Source: Candidatus Omnitrophota bacterium (GTDB taxonomy: Bacteria > Omnitrophota > Gorgyraeia > Duberdicusellales > 4484-171). Taken from it: a DNA stretch of 64,000 nucleotides. This document shows, piece after piece, positions 19,671-29,625 of the stretch. Made by a program: the position numbers and the translations under genes. The stretch covers positions 239-64,238 of the forward strand of contig JAAEQW010000150.1 of NCBI GenBank assembly GCA_024231025.1, in the 5' to 3' direction. Below the pieces are notes generated by a model that saw nothing but the letters and a program-made list of their open reading frames with translations, was not told where the DNA came from and did no database searches. Within the stretch, counting starts at the first letter, position 1, and each line of letters starts with the position of its first letter.

Positions 19671-19797
19671 TAACCAATTACCAAATTAGAATAATCAAAT
19701 CGTTTGGTTATTGGTTTTTGTAATTTGTTTGCCTGACCGCCGGCAGGCGGGTATCTTGTAGCTTGGTAATTGGTGTTTTAATAGATAGGGGGTAAAA

Positions 19798-20856
19798 ATG
19801 GGGTTAAATGATCTAAGAAACAGTATTGACAATATAGATGGAAAAATATTGAACTTACTTAATTTACGGGCGAAAGAAGTGCTTAAGATAAGTGAGTTTA
19901 AAAGAAACAAAAAGCTCAAGGCTTATTCGCCTGATCGTGAAGCAAATTTACTTAGGCGACTAAGAAAACTCAATCAGGGGCCGCTGTCTTCTAAGGATAC
20001 CGATATTATTTTTGGCGAAGTTATGTCGGTTTGTCGTGCCCTACATGCCAAACTAAAGATTTCTTATTTAGGTCCCGAGGGGACATTCACTCATTTAGCA
20101 GCTAGAAAGAAGTTTGGAAAAAAAACAGCGTATGTTTCATCTGATAGCATTGCCGATGTGTTCGAAAAAGTTGAAAAAGGTGATGCCGATTACGGTGTCG
20201 TTCCGATTGAAAATTCTACCGAAGGCGTGGTAAAACATACTCTAGATATGTTTGCGACATCGCCGTTGAAGATTTGTTCGCAAATTACACTAAATATATC
20301 TCATTTTTTACTGAGTAAAACCACTCTTTCAAGGGTGAAGAAAATTTATTCGCACCCTCAAGCATTTGCTCAGTGCAGAAAATGGATCACCGCTAATACT
20401 CCAGGTGTGAAATTAGTGGATGCGTTATCTACCGCTAAGGCTGCGCAATTAGCCAAAAAAGATTCGGCTGGAGCATGTTTGGGCAATAAAGTATTAGCAC
20501 AAATATATAAGCTCAGAATTATCAGCTCATCGGTTGAGGATTCTTCAAATAATCGTACTAGATTTCTGGTTATTGCCAAAAATGACAGCCCAACATCAGG
20601 AAAAGATAAAACGTCGGTGCTTTTGGCAATGCAGGATAAAGTTGGAGCATTGCATGATACATTGCTAGTTTTTAAGAAGGGGAAAATAAACTTAACAAAG
20701 ATTGAGTCGCGCCCATCGAAGAAAAAAGCCTGGGAATATTATTTTTTTGTGGATTTTCAGGGCCACAAAAATTCTGACAATGTTGAAAAAGTCTTAAAAG
20801 AACTCTCAAAAAATTGTACAATTAAAATTCTTGGTTCCTATCCTGACGAAAATTGA
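19798..20856 (+). CDS. pheA: bifunctional chorismate mutase / prephenate dehydratase (P-protein) with ACT domain
   Basis: N-terminal chorismate-mutase helices, a PDT core and a C-terminal ACT domain (LLAMQDKVGALHD). Confidence 0.8.
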   Translation: MGLNDLRNSIDNIDGKILNLLNLRAKEVLKISEFKRNKKLKAYSPDREANLLRRLRKLNQGPLSSKDTDIIFGEVMSVCRALHAKLKISYLGPEGTFTHLAARKKFGKKTAYVSSDSIADVFEKVEKGDADYGVVPIENSTEGVVKHTLDMFATSPLKICSQITLNISHFLLSKTTLSRVKKIYSHPQAFAQCRKWITANTPGVKLVDALSTAKAAQLAKKDSAGACLGNKVLAQIYKLRIISSSVEDSSNNRTRFLVIAKNDSPTSGKDKTSVLLAMQDKVGALHDTLLVFKKGKINLTKIESRPSKKKAWEYYFFVDFQGHKNSDNVEKVLKELSKNCTIKILGSYPDEN

Positions 20857-20857
20857 T

Positions 20858-22018
20858 ATGTTTAGAAAAGATTTAGTTAAAATAAAAGCTTACAAACCAG
20901 GTCGGCCTATCGAAGAGGTAAAACGCGCTTTGGGGTTGAAGGAGGTTTATAAACTTGCTTCTAATGAGGTTCCGTTTGCGCCAAATTATATCAAAAAAGC
21001 TATCTTGAAAGAAGTAGCAAATGTTAATCGCTACCCTGAGGGTGGCTGTTTTTACTTAAGGCGTGCCTTAGCTAAGCAGTTAAAGGTTGATCGGGATCAA
21101 ATTGTATTCGGCAATGGCTCCGACGAATTGATTGTGTTGGCGCTAGAGGCTTTCATCCAGAAAGGTGATGAAATTGTTGTAGCTTATCCTACATTTCTGA
21201 TATATGAACTTCAGGGGATGGTTAAAGGGGCCAAAGTTAGGCGCTTGCCACTAAAGGATTTTCGTTATGATCTTGATGCGATGGCAAAAGCGATCACAAA
21301 TAAGACAAAAATTGTTTTCATTGCCAATCCGGACAATCCTGGCGGAACATATCTTAACAAAATTGAAGTTGAGCAATTTTTGAAGAAAATTCCAAAAAAT
21401 GTTTTAGTATTTTTAGATGAGGCTTATTTTGAATTTGCTCCTTCGAATTTCCCCAAGAGCTTAAATCTTTTAAAAAAAAGAGGTAATATAATTGTTACGA
21501 GAACTTTCTCTAAGGCTTATGGATTGGCAGGTTTGCGTATTGGTTATGGAGTTACAACAAAAAAAATTGCTGATATTTTGAATAAAATCAGAGAACCTTT
21601 TAATGTTGATCGCATCGCTCAGGTGGCGGCAATCGAAGCTCTAAAGAACAAAGATTTTCTCAATAAAGTACTTAAATTCGTAAAGAAGGAAAAACAATAT
21701 CTTTATAACGAACTTAAAAAACTTAAATTTGATTTTATCGAGAGTGCCACAAATTTTGTGCTTATTAACCTTAAAAAGGATACTGCTTCCCTTAATGAGT
21801 ATCTTTTGAAGGAAGGGGTAATCATTCGCGAATTAAGGGGGTGGGGGCTAAATAATTTTTTTAGAGTTACAGTTGGGTTGCATAAAGAGAACGTAAAGTT
21901 CATTAAATGCCTTAAGAGCTATATGTGTTGTCAAAATATGTATGGAAAAATAACTAAAAACGTAAAATGTAAAACGAAAAACCATAGTGCAAAATTAAAA
22001 ATTACTAAAGTGTGTTAG
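20858..22018 (+). CDS. hisC: histidinol-phosphate / aromatic aminotransferase (class II PLP), with unusual ~35-aa Cys/Lys-rich C-terminal tail
   Basis: Start ATG at 20858, directly after the pheA stop. YPEGGC and SKAYGLAGLRIGY (PLP Lys) motifs. Confidence 0.7.
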   Translation: MFRKDLVKIKAYKPGRPIEEVKRALGLKEVYKLASNEVPFAPNYIKKAILKEVANVNRYPEGGCFYLRRALAKQLKVDRDQIVFGNGSDELIVLALEAFIQKGDEIVVAYPTFLIYELQGMVKGAKVRRLPLKDFRYDLDAMAKAITNKTKIVFIANPDNPGGTYLNKIEVEQFLKKIPKNVLVFLDEAYFEFAPSNFPKSLNLLKKRGNIIVTRTFSKAYGLAGLRIGYGVTTKKIADILNKIREPFNVDRIAQVAAIEALKNKDFLNKVLKFVKKEKQYLYNELKKLKFDFIESATNFVLINLKKDTASLNEYLLKEGVIIRELRGWGLNNFFRVTVGLHKENVKFIKCLKSYMCCQNMYGKITKNVKCKTKNHSAKLKITKVC

Positions 22019-22141
22019 ATTTTAATGTTTTTGGTTGGGAAGATTTTAGATTTTAAGTTTTGGTTTTTAGCTTTTCGTTTTTAATTTTTAGTTTGTGAGT
22101 TGCTAATTTTTGTATGATTAAAAAAATGATGGGAGTAACCA

Positions 22142-23158
22142 ATGATAATTGTTTTTAAAAAAAGTGCTACGCAGGAGAACATAGATCATCTTTTGGCCCG
22201 TGTGGATAAATTAGGCTTGAAAAGCATGGTGTCTAAAGGATCAGAACGAACCATCGTTGGCATTATTGGTGCTGAGGATGTTGTGCGCATTCAACCCCTA
22301 GAGGTGTTTGCCGGTGTCGAGCAGGTAATGAGCGTATTGGCGCCGTATAAATTAGTATCACGAGAATTCAAACCGCAAGATAGCGTAATTAAGGTAAAAG
22401 ATGGCGTTGAGATTGGCGGAAAAAAAATTAATGTTATCGGTGGTCCCTGTTCAATTGAATCAAAAGAATCCTTAAGGGCGATTGCGATTGAAGTAAAAAA
22501 ATCAGGTGGTACAATTTTACGAGGCGGAGCGTTTAAGCCGCGCACATCACCATATGCTTTTCAGGGATTGGGCGAAGAAGGATTAAAATTTTTAAAAGAT
22601 ATTGCCATTGAACTTGATTTAGCAACAGTTACTGAAGTCATGGATCCAAGAGATGTAGGGTTGGTAGCTAAATATGCAGACATGTTGCAGATCGGCGCGC
22701 GTAATATGCAAAACTTTAATCTCTTAAAAGAAGTTGGTCAAACTAAAAAGCCGATTATGCTTAAGAGGGGGCTATGTGCCACAATAAAAGAGTGGTTGAT
22801 GAGTGCTGAATATATTCTTTCAGAAGGTAATTTTAATGTAATTTTATGTGAACGTGGAATACGTACTTACGAAACGGAAACTCGCAATACCCTTGATTTG
22901 AGTGCGATCCCGATTGTTAAGCAAAAATCGCATTTACCGATTATTGTTGATCCGTCACATGCTGTTGGTAAGTGGGGGTTGATTGCGCCGCTAAGTAAGG
23001 CTGCGATTGCCACAGGAGCAGATGGGCTAATGATTGAGGTTCATACTAACCCCGAAGAGGCATTGTGTGATGGGCCACAGCAATTATTGCCTGAGAATTT
23101 TGCCTCTCTTATGGGTGAACTTGAGAAGATTGCTAAAGCAATTGATAGAGAACTATGA
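22142..23158 (+). CDS. 3-deoxy-7-phosphoheptulonate (DAHP) synthase, type I-beta (KDO8PS-like) with N-terminal regulatory domain
   Basis: GGPCSIES, KPRTSPY and LQIGARN motifs behind a ~70-aa N-terminal ferredoxin-like extension. Confidence 0.75.
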   Translation: MIIVFKKSATQENIDHLLARVDKLGLKSMVSKGSERTIVGIIGAEDVVRIQPLEVFAGVEQVMSVLAPYKLVSREFKPQDSVIKVKDGVEIGGKKINVIGGPCSIESKESLRAIAIEVKKSGGTILRGGAFKPRTSPYAFQGLGEEGLKFLKDIAIELDLATVTEVMDPRDVGLVAKYADMLQIGARNMQNFNLLKEVGQTKKPIMLKRGLCATIKEWLMSAEYILSEGNFNVILCERGIRTYETETRNTLDLSAIPIVKQKSHLPIIVDPSHAVGKWGLIAPLSKAAIATGADGLMIEVHTNPEEALCDGPQQLLPENFASLMGELEKIAKAIDREL

Positions 23159-23982
23159 AGAAAAAAAAGATAGCAATTATTGGCGTTGGGTTGATGGGTG
23201 GAGCATTTGCGAAATCTGTTAAAGAGTTTTCCACATGGGGCTATGCAAGAAGTGATAAATCATATGCCAAGCTTAAGAAGTTAAAAATTCTTGATGCGGT
23301 TAGTCAAAGCTTAGAAGAAACAGTATCCGGTGCTGATTTTGTTGCTTTATCTTTACCGGTTATTGCAATTGGTCAATATTTCAAAAAAATTGCGCCATTT
23401 CTAAAAAAGGATGCAATAGTTTTTGATATGGGCAGTAGCAAAAAGTTCATTACGGCTAAAGCGAAAAAACATTTGCCAAAGTATGTAAGTTTTGTTGGTT
23501 GTCATCCTCTAGCAGGAAGTGAAAAAAGTGGTGCTCAGTTTAGTCCTGATACTCTTTATGAAGGGGCAACGTGCATTATTACTTCAAACAGAAAAGCAAA
23601 AGCGACAAAAACAGTTGCTGCTCTTTGGAGAAAAGTAGGGTGTAAAGTTGTATATATTTCAGCTGAATTGCATGACAAGGTTCTTTCAAGCGTGTCACAT
23701 ATGCCGCACTTGATTTCTTTTGCGCTTACTCAATTTGTTGATAAAAAGTATGCCAAGTTTGCACCGGCAAGTTTACGCGATTTAACGCGGATATCGAATT
23801 CTCCGGATTTTGTCTGGGCGGATATTTTTATTTCCAATAAAATAAATTTACTGCAAGGCATAAGGAGTTACTCGAAAGTTTTAAAAAAGTTTGAAACCGC
23901 TTTGCGAAAAGGCGATAAGGATTGTCTTATAAAATTGATCAAGGAAGCTAACACAAAACAAAAACTCTTCCTGCAAGGTTAA
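23155..23982 (+). CDS. tyrA: prephenate/arogenate dehydrogenase
   Basis: IAIIGVGLMGGAF Rossmann N-terminus and a TyrA-like catalytic domain. Confidence 0.7.
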   Translation: MKKKKIAIIGVGLMGGAFAKSVKEFSTWGYARSDKSYAKLKKLKILDAVSQSLEETVSGADFVALSLPVIAIGQYFKKIAPFLKKDAIVFDMGSSKKFITAKAKKHLPKYVSFVGCHPLAGSEKSGAQFSPDTLYEGATCIITSNRKAKATKTVAALWRKVGCKVVYISAELHDKVLSSVSHMPHLISFALTQFVDKKYAKFAPASLRDLTRISNSPDFVWADIFISNKINLLQGIRSYSKVLKKFETALRKGDKDCLIKLIKEANTKQKLFLQG

Positions 23983-23995
23983 CCATTTTTACAAT

Positions 23996-24640
23996 ATGAT
24001 AATAGCCATTGACGGCCCAGCTGGGTCAGGAAAAACTACCGTTGCAAAACTACTTGCGGATAAGTTGAAGATCTCATACCTTGATACTGGAGCTACCTAT
24101 CGTTCGTTAACCCTAAAGGCATTGGAGTTAGGTGCAAATCTATCCGATGAAGATGCGCTAGAGGCACTTATTGATGATCTTGATTTAAAAATGCACGATC
24201 GTTTTGTTTATCTTGATGGCAATGATGTAAGTGCGGCAATCAGGGATCCACGAATTGATAAAAATATATCAGTCGTTGTATCTTTTGCGAAAGTAAGAAG
24301 CAAAATGGTTCAGTTGCAGCGTCGTCTTAGCTTTGATGGCGATTTTGTTGTGGAGGGTCGAGACATTACAACAGTTGTTTTTCCCAATGCTAAATTTAAA
24401 TTTTATCTGGACGCTGATTTTGAGTTACGCATCGAGCGCCGCTACAAGGAGCTTAAAGCTAAGGGAATTAACGTGCCCCTTGATGAGGTAGGAGAAGATT
24501 TAAAAAAACGGGACCATGCTGACATGAATAGAGCAGTTGGCCCGCTTAAATTAAGTGAAGATGCAATTTGCATTGACACAACTGACTTATCGATTGATGA
24601 AGTTATCGAAAAATTGGCAGGGTATGTAAATAATGGGTAA
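23996..24640 (+). CDS. cmk: cytidylate kinase
   Basis: IIAIDGPAGSGKTTVAKLLA P-loop. Confidence 0.85.
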   Translation: MIIAIDGPAGSGKTTVAKLLADKLKISYLDTGATYRSLTLKALELGANLSDEDALEALIDDLDLKMHDRFVYLDGNDVSAAIRDPRIDKNISVVVSFAKVRSKMVQLQRRLSFDGDFVVEGRDITTVVFPNAKFKFYLDADFELRIERRYKELKAKGINVPLDEVGEDLKKRDHADMNRAVGPLKLSEDAICIDTTDLSIDEVIEKLAGYVNNG

Positions 24641-26423
24641 AAAAGAAATAAGAAACTTTTGCATCATTGCGCACATTGATCATGGCAAATCTACTATTGC
24701 TGATCGATTTATGGATTTAACCAAGGCGGGTGATCAGCGTAAACGCTGCGATCAAATGCTCGATAGCATGGAGCTTGAGCGGGAAAGAGGAATCACTATT
24801 AAAGCTAAGGCGGTGCGTCTCAATTATACGTATGAAGGCAAAGAATATATTTTAAATTTAATTGACACTCCCGGTCACGTTGATTTTGCTTATGAAGTTA
24901 CAAAGTCATTAAAAGGGTGCGAAGGAGCAATACTTTTAGTTGATGCTTCTCAAGGAGTTGAAGCTCAAACAGTGGCTAATTTTCATTTAGCCCTGGAAGG
25001 TGATTTGAGAATAATTCCCGTACTTAACAAAATCGATCTTCCTAGTGCTGATGTGGCGAGAGTATCTGATCAACTTTTTGATATCTTTGGTTTTAATAGT
25101 GACGAAATCACTTCTGTTTCGGCTAAAGATGGCCGAGGTGTTGTAGAAGTTATTGAAAGAGTAATAAAAGAGATGCCGCCACCTGAGGGCGATATAGAAA
25201 AACCGTTAAAGGCAGTTTTATTTGATTCCATTTACGACTCTTATAAAGGAGTTATCCTGTTTGTAAGAGTTTTTGATGGGGAAATTAAAGTTGGTGAAAA
25301 TATTCTGCTTATGCATCAGGACAAAAATTATCGCGTTGAAGAGTTGGGAGTGTTTTTACCGGCAGCTGAGAAGAAAAAGAAGCTTAGCTGCGGTGAGGTA
25401 GGTTATATTTGCTGCAGTATCAAGAATCCACAGGAAATAGACATTGGCGATACAATAACCTCAGCAAATAATCCAACGGCTTCGCCTTTTGAAGGGTATG
25501 AAAAGCTTACTCCAATGGTATTTTGTGGGATATTTCCAACCTTACCTAAGGATTACCCCCCATTACGTGCGGCAATAGAAAAATTGCGACTTTCTGATCC
25601 ATCTTTTGTATTTGAGCCGGACAACTTAGGAAGTTTGGGTTATGGGTTTAGATGCGGATTTTTGGGCCTTTTGCATATGGAAATTGTTCAAGAAAGATTG
25701 GAGCGCGAATATGATCTCGATCTAACGCTTACTGCTCCTAATGTAATGTATAAACTTAAAAAAACCAATGGCGATGAAGTTCACATTGAGAGCCCCCATC
25801 AACTTCCTGACGCATCAGAGATTGATAGTGTGTGTGAGCCGTTTATTAGGGCAACTGTTGTTACCCCGGTTGAAGGGATGGATCCGATTTGTGATTTGGC
25901 AAAATCGCGTCGTGGTGAATTTATAAAAATGGATTATCTTGGCAAAGATCGCTTAGGAGTTGTTTTTAAATTACCTTTAAGTGAGGTGGTTATTGATTTT
26001 TATGATAAAATAAAGTCTTTAACCAAAGGGTACGCTTCTTTTGACTATGAGTTTATCGGTTATCAAAAAACTGAGATAGCTAAAATTGATCTTTTGTTAA
26101 ATAAAAAGAAGATAGAAGCGTTCTCTCTCTTAGTGCATAAGAGTAAGCTTGAGAGTAAAGCGCGCTTGGTGGTTGAAAAATTAAAAGAGTTAATTCCTCG
26201 GCAAATGTACCAAGTAAGCATACAGGTTGCGGTAGGCGCTCGGATAATTGCTGCTGAGAAAGTTTCGCCGTTGAAAAAAAATGTTACTGCCAAATGTTAC
26301 GGTGGCGACATTACGCGCAAGAGAAAACTTTGGGAAAAACAGAAAAAAGGTAAGAAAAAAATGAAACAGATGGGTGACGTGAGCGTTCCTCAAGGTGCCT
26401 TTTTGGAAGTGCTAAAAATGTAA
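24633..26423 (+). CDS. lepA: elongation factor 4 (LepA)
   Basis: NFCIIAHIDHGKST G1 motif, 596 aa, LepA C-terminal domain. Confidence 0.9.
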   Translation: MGKKEIRNFCIIAHIDHGKSTIADRFMDLTKAGDQRKRCDQMLDSMELERERGITIKAKAVRLNYTYEGKEYILNLIDTPGHVDFAYEVTKSLKGCEGAILLVDASQGVEAQTVANFHLALEGDLRIIPVLNKIDLPSADVARVSDQLFDIFGFNSDEITSVSAKDGRGVVEVIERVIKEMPPPEGDIEKPLKAVLFDSIYDSYKGVILFVRVFDGEIKVGENILLMHQDKNYRVEELGVFLPAAEKKKKLSCGEVGYICCSIKNPQEIDIGDTITSANNPTASPFEGYEKLTPMVFCGIFPTLPKDYPPLRAAIEKLRLSDPSFVFEPDNLGSLGYGFRCGFLGLLHMEIVQERLEREYDLDLTLTAPNVMYKLKKTNGDEVHIESPHQLPDASEIDSVCEPFIRATVVTPVEGMDPICDLAKSRRGEFIKMDYLGKDRLGVVFKLPLSEVVIDFYDKIKSLTKGYASFDYEFIGYQKTEIAKIDLLLNKKKIEAFSLLVHKSKLESKARLVVEKLKELIPRQMYQVSIQVAVGARIIAAEKVSPLKKNVTAKCYGGDITRKRKLWEKQKKGKKKMKQMGDVSVPQGAFLEVLKM

Positions 26424-26425
26424 TT

Positions 26426-27028
26426 ATGGATAAAGAGAACAAAAACAAAAAGGGTGCCTTAAGAGAGTGGGTAGAAGCATTAGTTATTGCTGGGGTGCTG
26501 GCAATATTTTTGCGGACTTTATTCTTTCAGATTTACAAAATCCCTACAACTTCAATGGTTGCAACCTTAATGCCTGGGGATAAGATTTTTGTTAGTAAGG
26601 TTCATTATGGTCCCAAATTGCCGATTGTTAATTTTCGTATAAAAGGATTTACAACCCCTAAAAGGGGAGAAGTTATTGTTTTTGTGCCGCCTCAGGAAGC
26701 AGTAAAGCCATGGCATGTGCGTAAGCAGTATATTAAGCGATTGGTGGCTTTAGGTGGTGATAGAGTGCTCATAAAACAAGGAAATCTCTATATTAATGGT
26801 GAAATGATCGTCGATCCGAAAATGGCGAAGAATTACTATTATAATCAGGGTCAATATGCTAAAGATGGCAAAGAGATAATTGTTCCTGAGGGGAAATATT
26901 TCTTTCTTGGGGATAATAGCATGTCGTCTTTAGATAGTCGTTTTTGGGGTTTTGTTGATAAAGAAGATATCATCGGCAAGGCAATTTTTATCTGGTGGAA
27001 TCCTAAAAGAATTGCTATGATAGAGTGA
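26426..27028 (+). CDS. lepB: signal peptidase I
   Basis: GDNSMSSLDSRFWG box and the catalytic SM..K region. Confidence 0.8.
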   Translation: MDKENKNKKGALREWVEALVIAGVLAIFLRTLFFQIYKIPTTSMVATLMPGDKIFVSKVHYGPKLPIVNFRIKGFTTPKRGEVIVFVPPQEAVKPWHVRKQYIKRLVALGGDRVLIKQGNLYINGEMIVDPKMAKNYYYNQGQYAKDGKEIIVPEGKYFFLGDNSMSSLDSRFWGFVDKEDIIGKAIFIWWNPKRIAMIE

Positions 27029-27038
27029 TGGTGATCTT

Positions 27039-27067
27039 GTAGGGGTCGGGTGCCCCGGCCCTTTATG
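27039..27067. repeat. REP-like hairpin, family GTAGGGGCCG-n-CGGCCCTTT, imperfect copy
   Basis: tgtaggggtcgggtgccccggcccttta shares both ends with copies at 35341, 50810 and 50982(rc). Confidence 0.55.
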
Positions 27068-27088
27068 GAATTGAAACAGGAGGTAACT

Positions 27089-27397
27089 ATGAGAAAAAAT
27101 TTTGTCTTTGGTCTTTGGTCTTTGGTCTTTTGTCTAAGCATAGTTGGTTGTGCCACTAGAACTCAAACAGGTGCAGGCGTTGGTGCGCTAGCTGGGGCAG
27201 GCTTAGGTGCAATTATCGGCCATCAGTCTGGTCATGCTGGTGAAGGTGCAGCAATTGGTGCGGGTGCTGGTGTGCTTACCGGAGGATTGATCGGGCATCA
27301 TATGGATAAGAAAGATTGTCCGGTTTGTGGTAGAAAATTTTCTCGCTCCAAAAATAATTGCCCTTATGATGGTGCAGAATTAGTAGATCAAGAATAA
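27089..27397 (+). CDS. small lipoprotein with glycine-zipper segment and C-terminal Cys-rich (CxxC..C) tail
   Basis: AGGAGG RBS; lipobox IVGC; GAGVGALAGAGLGAIIG glycine zipper; CPVCGRKFSRSKNNCPYDG tail. A hairpin follows the stop. Confidence 0.5.
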   Translation: MRKNFVFGLWSLVFCLSIVGCATRTQTGAGVGALAGAGLGAIIGHQSGHAGEGAAIGAGAGVLTGGLIGHHMDKKDCPVCGRKFSRSKNNCPYDGAELVDQE

Positions 27398-27442
27398 TTT
27401 ATAGGGGCAGATTGCGATCTGCCCATTAAAGAAAAAGTTTTT

Positions 27443-28003
27443 ATGAATCTTGCAGATAAGATCTCTGCTTTGAGAATAGCTTTGGTTCCGGTGTTTGTGT
27501 CGCTGTTGGTGTATTCGTGTAGTACGCCATTTTTGATAAATATAGCGGTAGCGGTGTTTATCTTAGCGGTGTTGAGTGATTTTCTCGATGGATTAGTAGC
27601 CAGAATAAGAAAAGAGAAGTCTGATATCGGGCAAATCATTGATCCCGTCGCAGATAAATTATTTTTGTTCGCATCGTTTTTTTCATTGTACCTGTTAAGA
27701 GACAGCTTGCCGCTTGCTTATAAAATGCCCCTTGGAATAGTGCTTGCGGCCGCTGGCAGAGACGTTGTTGTTCTTTCTGGTCTTCTTACTTTGTATATTT
27801 TGAAAAAAGATGTAAATATTGCGCCGTCGGTATGGGGCAAGCTTACAACTTTTTTTCAGATGCTTACGGTACTAATGTTGTTTCTAAACATTTCTTGGTT
27901 TATATGGGTGTGCAGGATAGCAGTGATATTTACAATAATTTCAGGAATCGGCTATTTCATAAGAGGAGTTAAAGCAGGTAATGATCATACTGTTAGTGGC
28001 TAG
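27443..28003 (+). CDS. pgsA: CDP-alcohol phosphatidyltransferase (phosphatidylglycerophosphate synthase-like)
   Basis: DFLDGLVARIRK...DPVADK motif in a polytopic membrane protein. Confidence 0.7.
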   Translation: MNLADKISALRIALVPVFVSLLVYSCSTPFLINIAVAVFILAVLSDFLDGLVARIRKEKSDIGQIIDPVADKLFLFASFFSLYLLRDSLPLAYKMPLGIVLAAAGRDVVVLSGLLTLYILKKDVNIAPSVWGKLTTFFQMLTVLMLFLNISWFIWVCRIAVIFTIISGIGYFIRGVKAGNDHTVSG

Positions 28004-28574
28004 TTATTTTTTAGGAAGTATTCCATTTGGTTTTTTAGTTGTCCATTTAGTTAAAAAGGTGGATATTCGTAAAGTTGGTTCTGGTAATATTGGCGCAACC
28101 AATGTTTATCGAGTGCTTGGCAAAAAGTGGGCAATAGCGGTTTTTGTTCTTGATTTTTTAAAAGGATTTATAGCTCTTTTTATAGCAAGCAGCATTGATG
28201 GCCTGCCAAACTATATGTACATTCTGACAGCAGTTTGCGTTGTCTGTGGCCATAATTGGACGATATTTTTGAACTTTAAAGGTGGCAAGGGTGTTGCCAC
28301 AAGCGTTGGGGCGATTGTTGGTTTAAGTTTAGTTTTTCCGGTGCTTTTTGTAGCTTTGTTTTTATCCTTAACTGTTTGGATTATATTGTTCAGTATTCTG
28401 AAATATGTTTCCATTGCGTCTTTAGCTGCGGCGCTTTGTTTTTTTCTTTTTTCACTATTTTTTGTAAGTGTTTGGGAAATAAAAGTGTTTGCTTTTGCAC
28501 TTTTTGTTTTTATAGTTGCAAGACATAAAGAGAACATAAAAAACCTTATTGCCAAGCGAGAGCTTCGTTTTTAA
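27981..28574 (+). CDS. plsY: glycerol-3-phosphate acyltransferase PlsY
   Basis: LGSIPFGFL...[12 protein letters not shown] motifs. Confidence 0.85.
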   Translation: MIILLVASYFLGSIPFGFLVVHLVKKVDIRKVGSGNIGATNVYRVLGKKWAIAVFVLDFLKGFIALFIASSIDGLPNYMYILTAVCVVCGHNWTIFLNFKGGKGVATSVGAIVGLSLVFPVLFVALFLSLTVWIILFSILKYVSIASLAAALCFFLFSLFFVSVWEIKVFAFALFVFIVARHKENIKNLIAKRELRF

Positions 28575-28599
28575 GGTTGTTTGTAAAGGAGGTATAGCC

Positions 28600-29625
28600 A
28601 TGGGTAATGAGAAGACGAACGTAGCGAACAAGAAAAAAGCGTTAGAGTTGGCAATTTCTAATATAGAAAAAAGCCATGGAAAAGGTGCGATTATGCGTTT
28701 GGGCGGGAGCACCAAATTAAACATTGAAACTATCTCGACAGGGATTATTTCATTGGATCGTGCATTAGGTGTTGGAGGTATGCCCCGAGGAAGAATATGT
28801 GAGGTGTATGGACCTGAATCATCAGGCAAGACAACTTTAACTTTAAGCATTATTGCTCAAGCTCAAGCTGAAAACGGAACAACTGCATTCATTGATGCTG
28901 AACATGCGTTTGATCCAGCTTATGCCAAGGTTATTGGCGTTAATTTGGAGGATCTTTTGATTTCACAGCCAGACACTGGCGAGCAGGCATTGGATATTGT
29001 TGAAACGCTAGTGCGCTCTAATGCGGTGGATTTAATTGTGGTTGATTCTGTGGCGGCACTTGCTCCGCGCGCTGAGATAGAGGGGGAAATGGGAGAATCG
29101 CGTATTGCTTTGCAGGCTCGTTTGATGAGCCAGGCGTTACGCAAATTAACTGCAGCGATAGGTAAATCTAAAACCTGCGTTGTGTTTATCAACCAGATAA
29201 GAGAAAAAGTAGGAGTTATGTTTGGTTCTCCGGAGATCACTCCCGGAGGAAGAGCTTTAAAATTTTATTCGTCATTAAGAATGGATTTAAGAAGAAAGGA
29301 AACATTAACTGGCTCCAACGGTCCGGTTGGAATAAAAGTTCGCTGCAAGATAGTTAAGAATAAAGTTGCACCGCCATTTAAAGAAGCAATGTTTGAAATT
29401 CTTTACAATGAGGGTGTATCCAAAGTGGGTGCTTTAATCGATGCCGGGGTTGAAAGCGAAGTGATCAAGAAAGCTGGTAGTTGGTTTTCTTATAAGGATA
29501 AGAATCTTGCTCAAGGCAAGGAACAACTCCGTGACCTGCTTAAGGGTGATGAGGTTTTAAGAAAAGATATTGAAGAAGAACTCAACAAGGCAATTCATAG
29601 CGACGCAGAGGAGGTAGCAAAATGA
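28600..29625 (+). CDS. recA: recombinase RecA
   Basis: AAGGAGG RBS, start MGNEKTNV..., Walker [10 protein letters not shown], and the whole RecA core. Confidence 0.9.
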   Translation: MGNEKTNVANKKKALELAISNIEKSHGKGAIMRLGGSTKLNIETISTGIISLDRALGVGGMPRGRICEVYGPESSGKTTLTLSIIAQAQAENGTTAFIDAEHAFDPAYAKVIGVNLEDLLISQPDTGEQALDIVETLVRSNAVDLIVVDSVAALAPRAEIEGEMGESRIALQARLMSQALRKLTAAIGKSKTCVVFINQIREKVGVMFGSPEITPGGRALKFYSSLRMDLRRKETLTGSNGPVGIKVRCKIVKNKVAPPFKEAMFEILYNEGVSKVGALIDAGVESEVIKKAGSWFSYKDKNLAQGKEQLRDLLKGDEVLRKDIEEELNKAIHSDAEEVAK

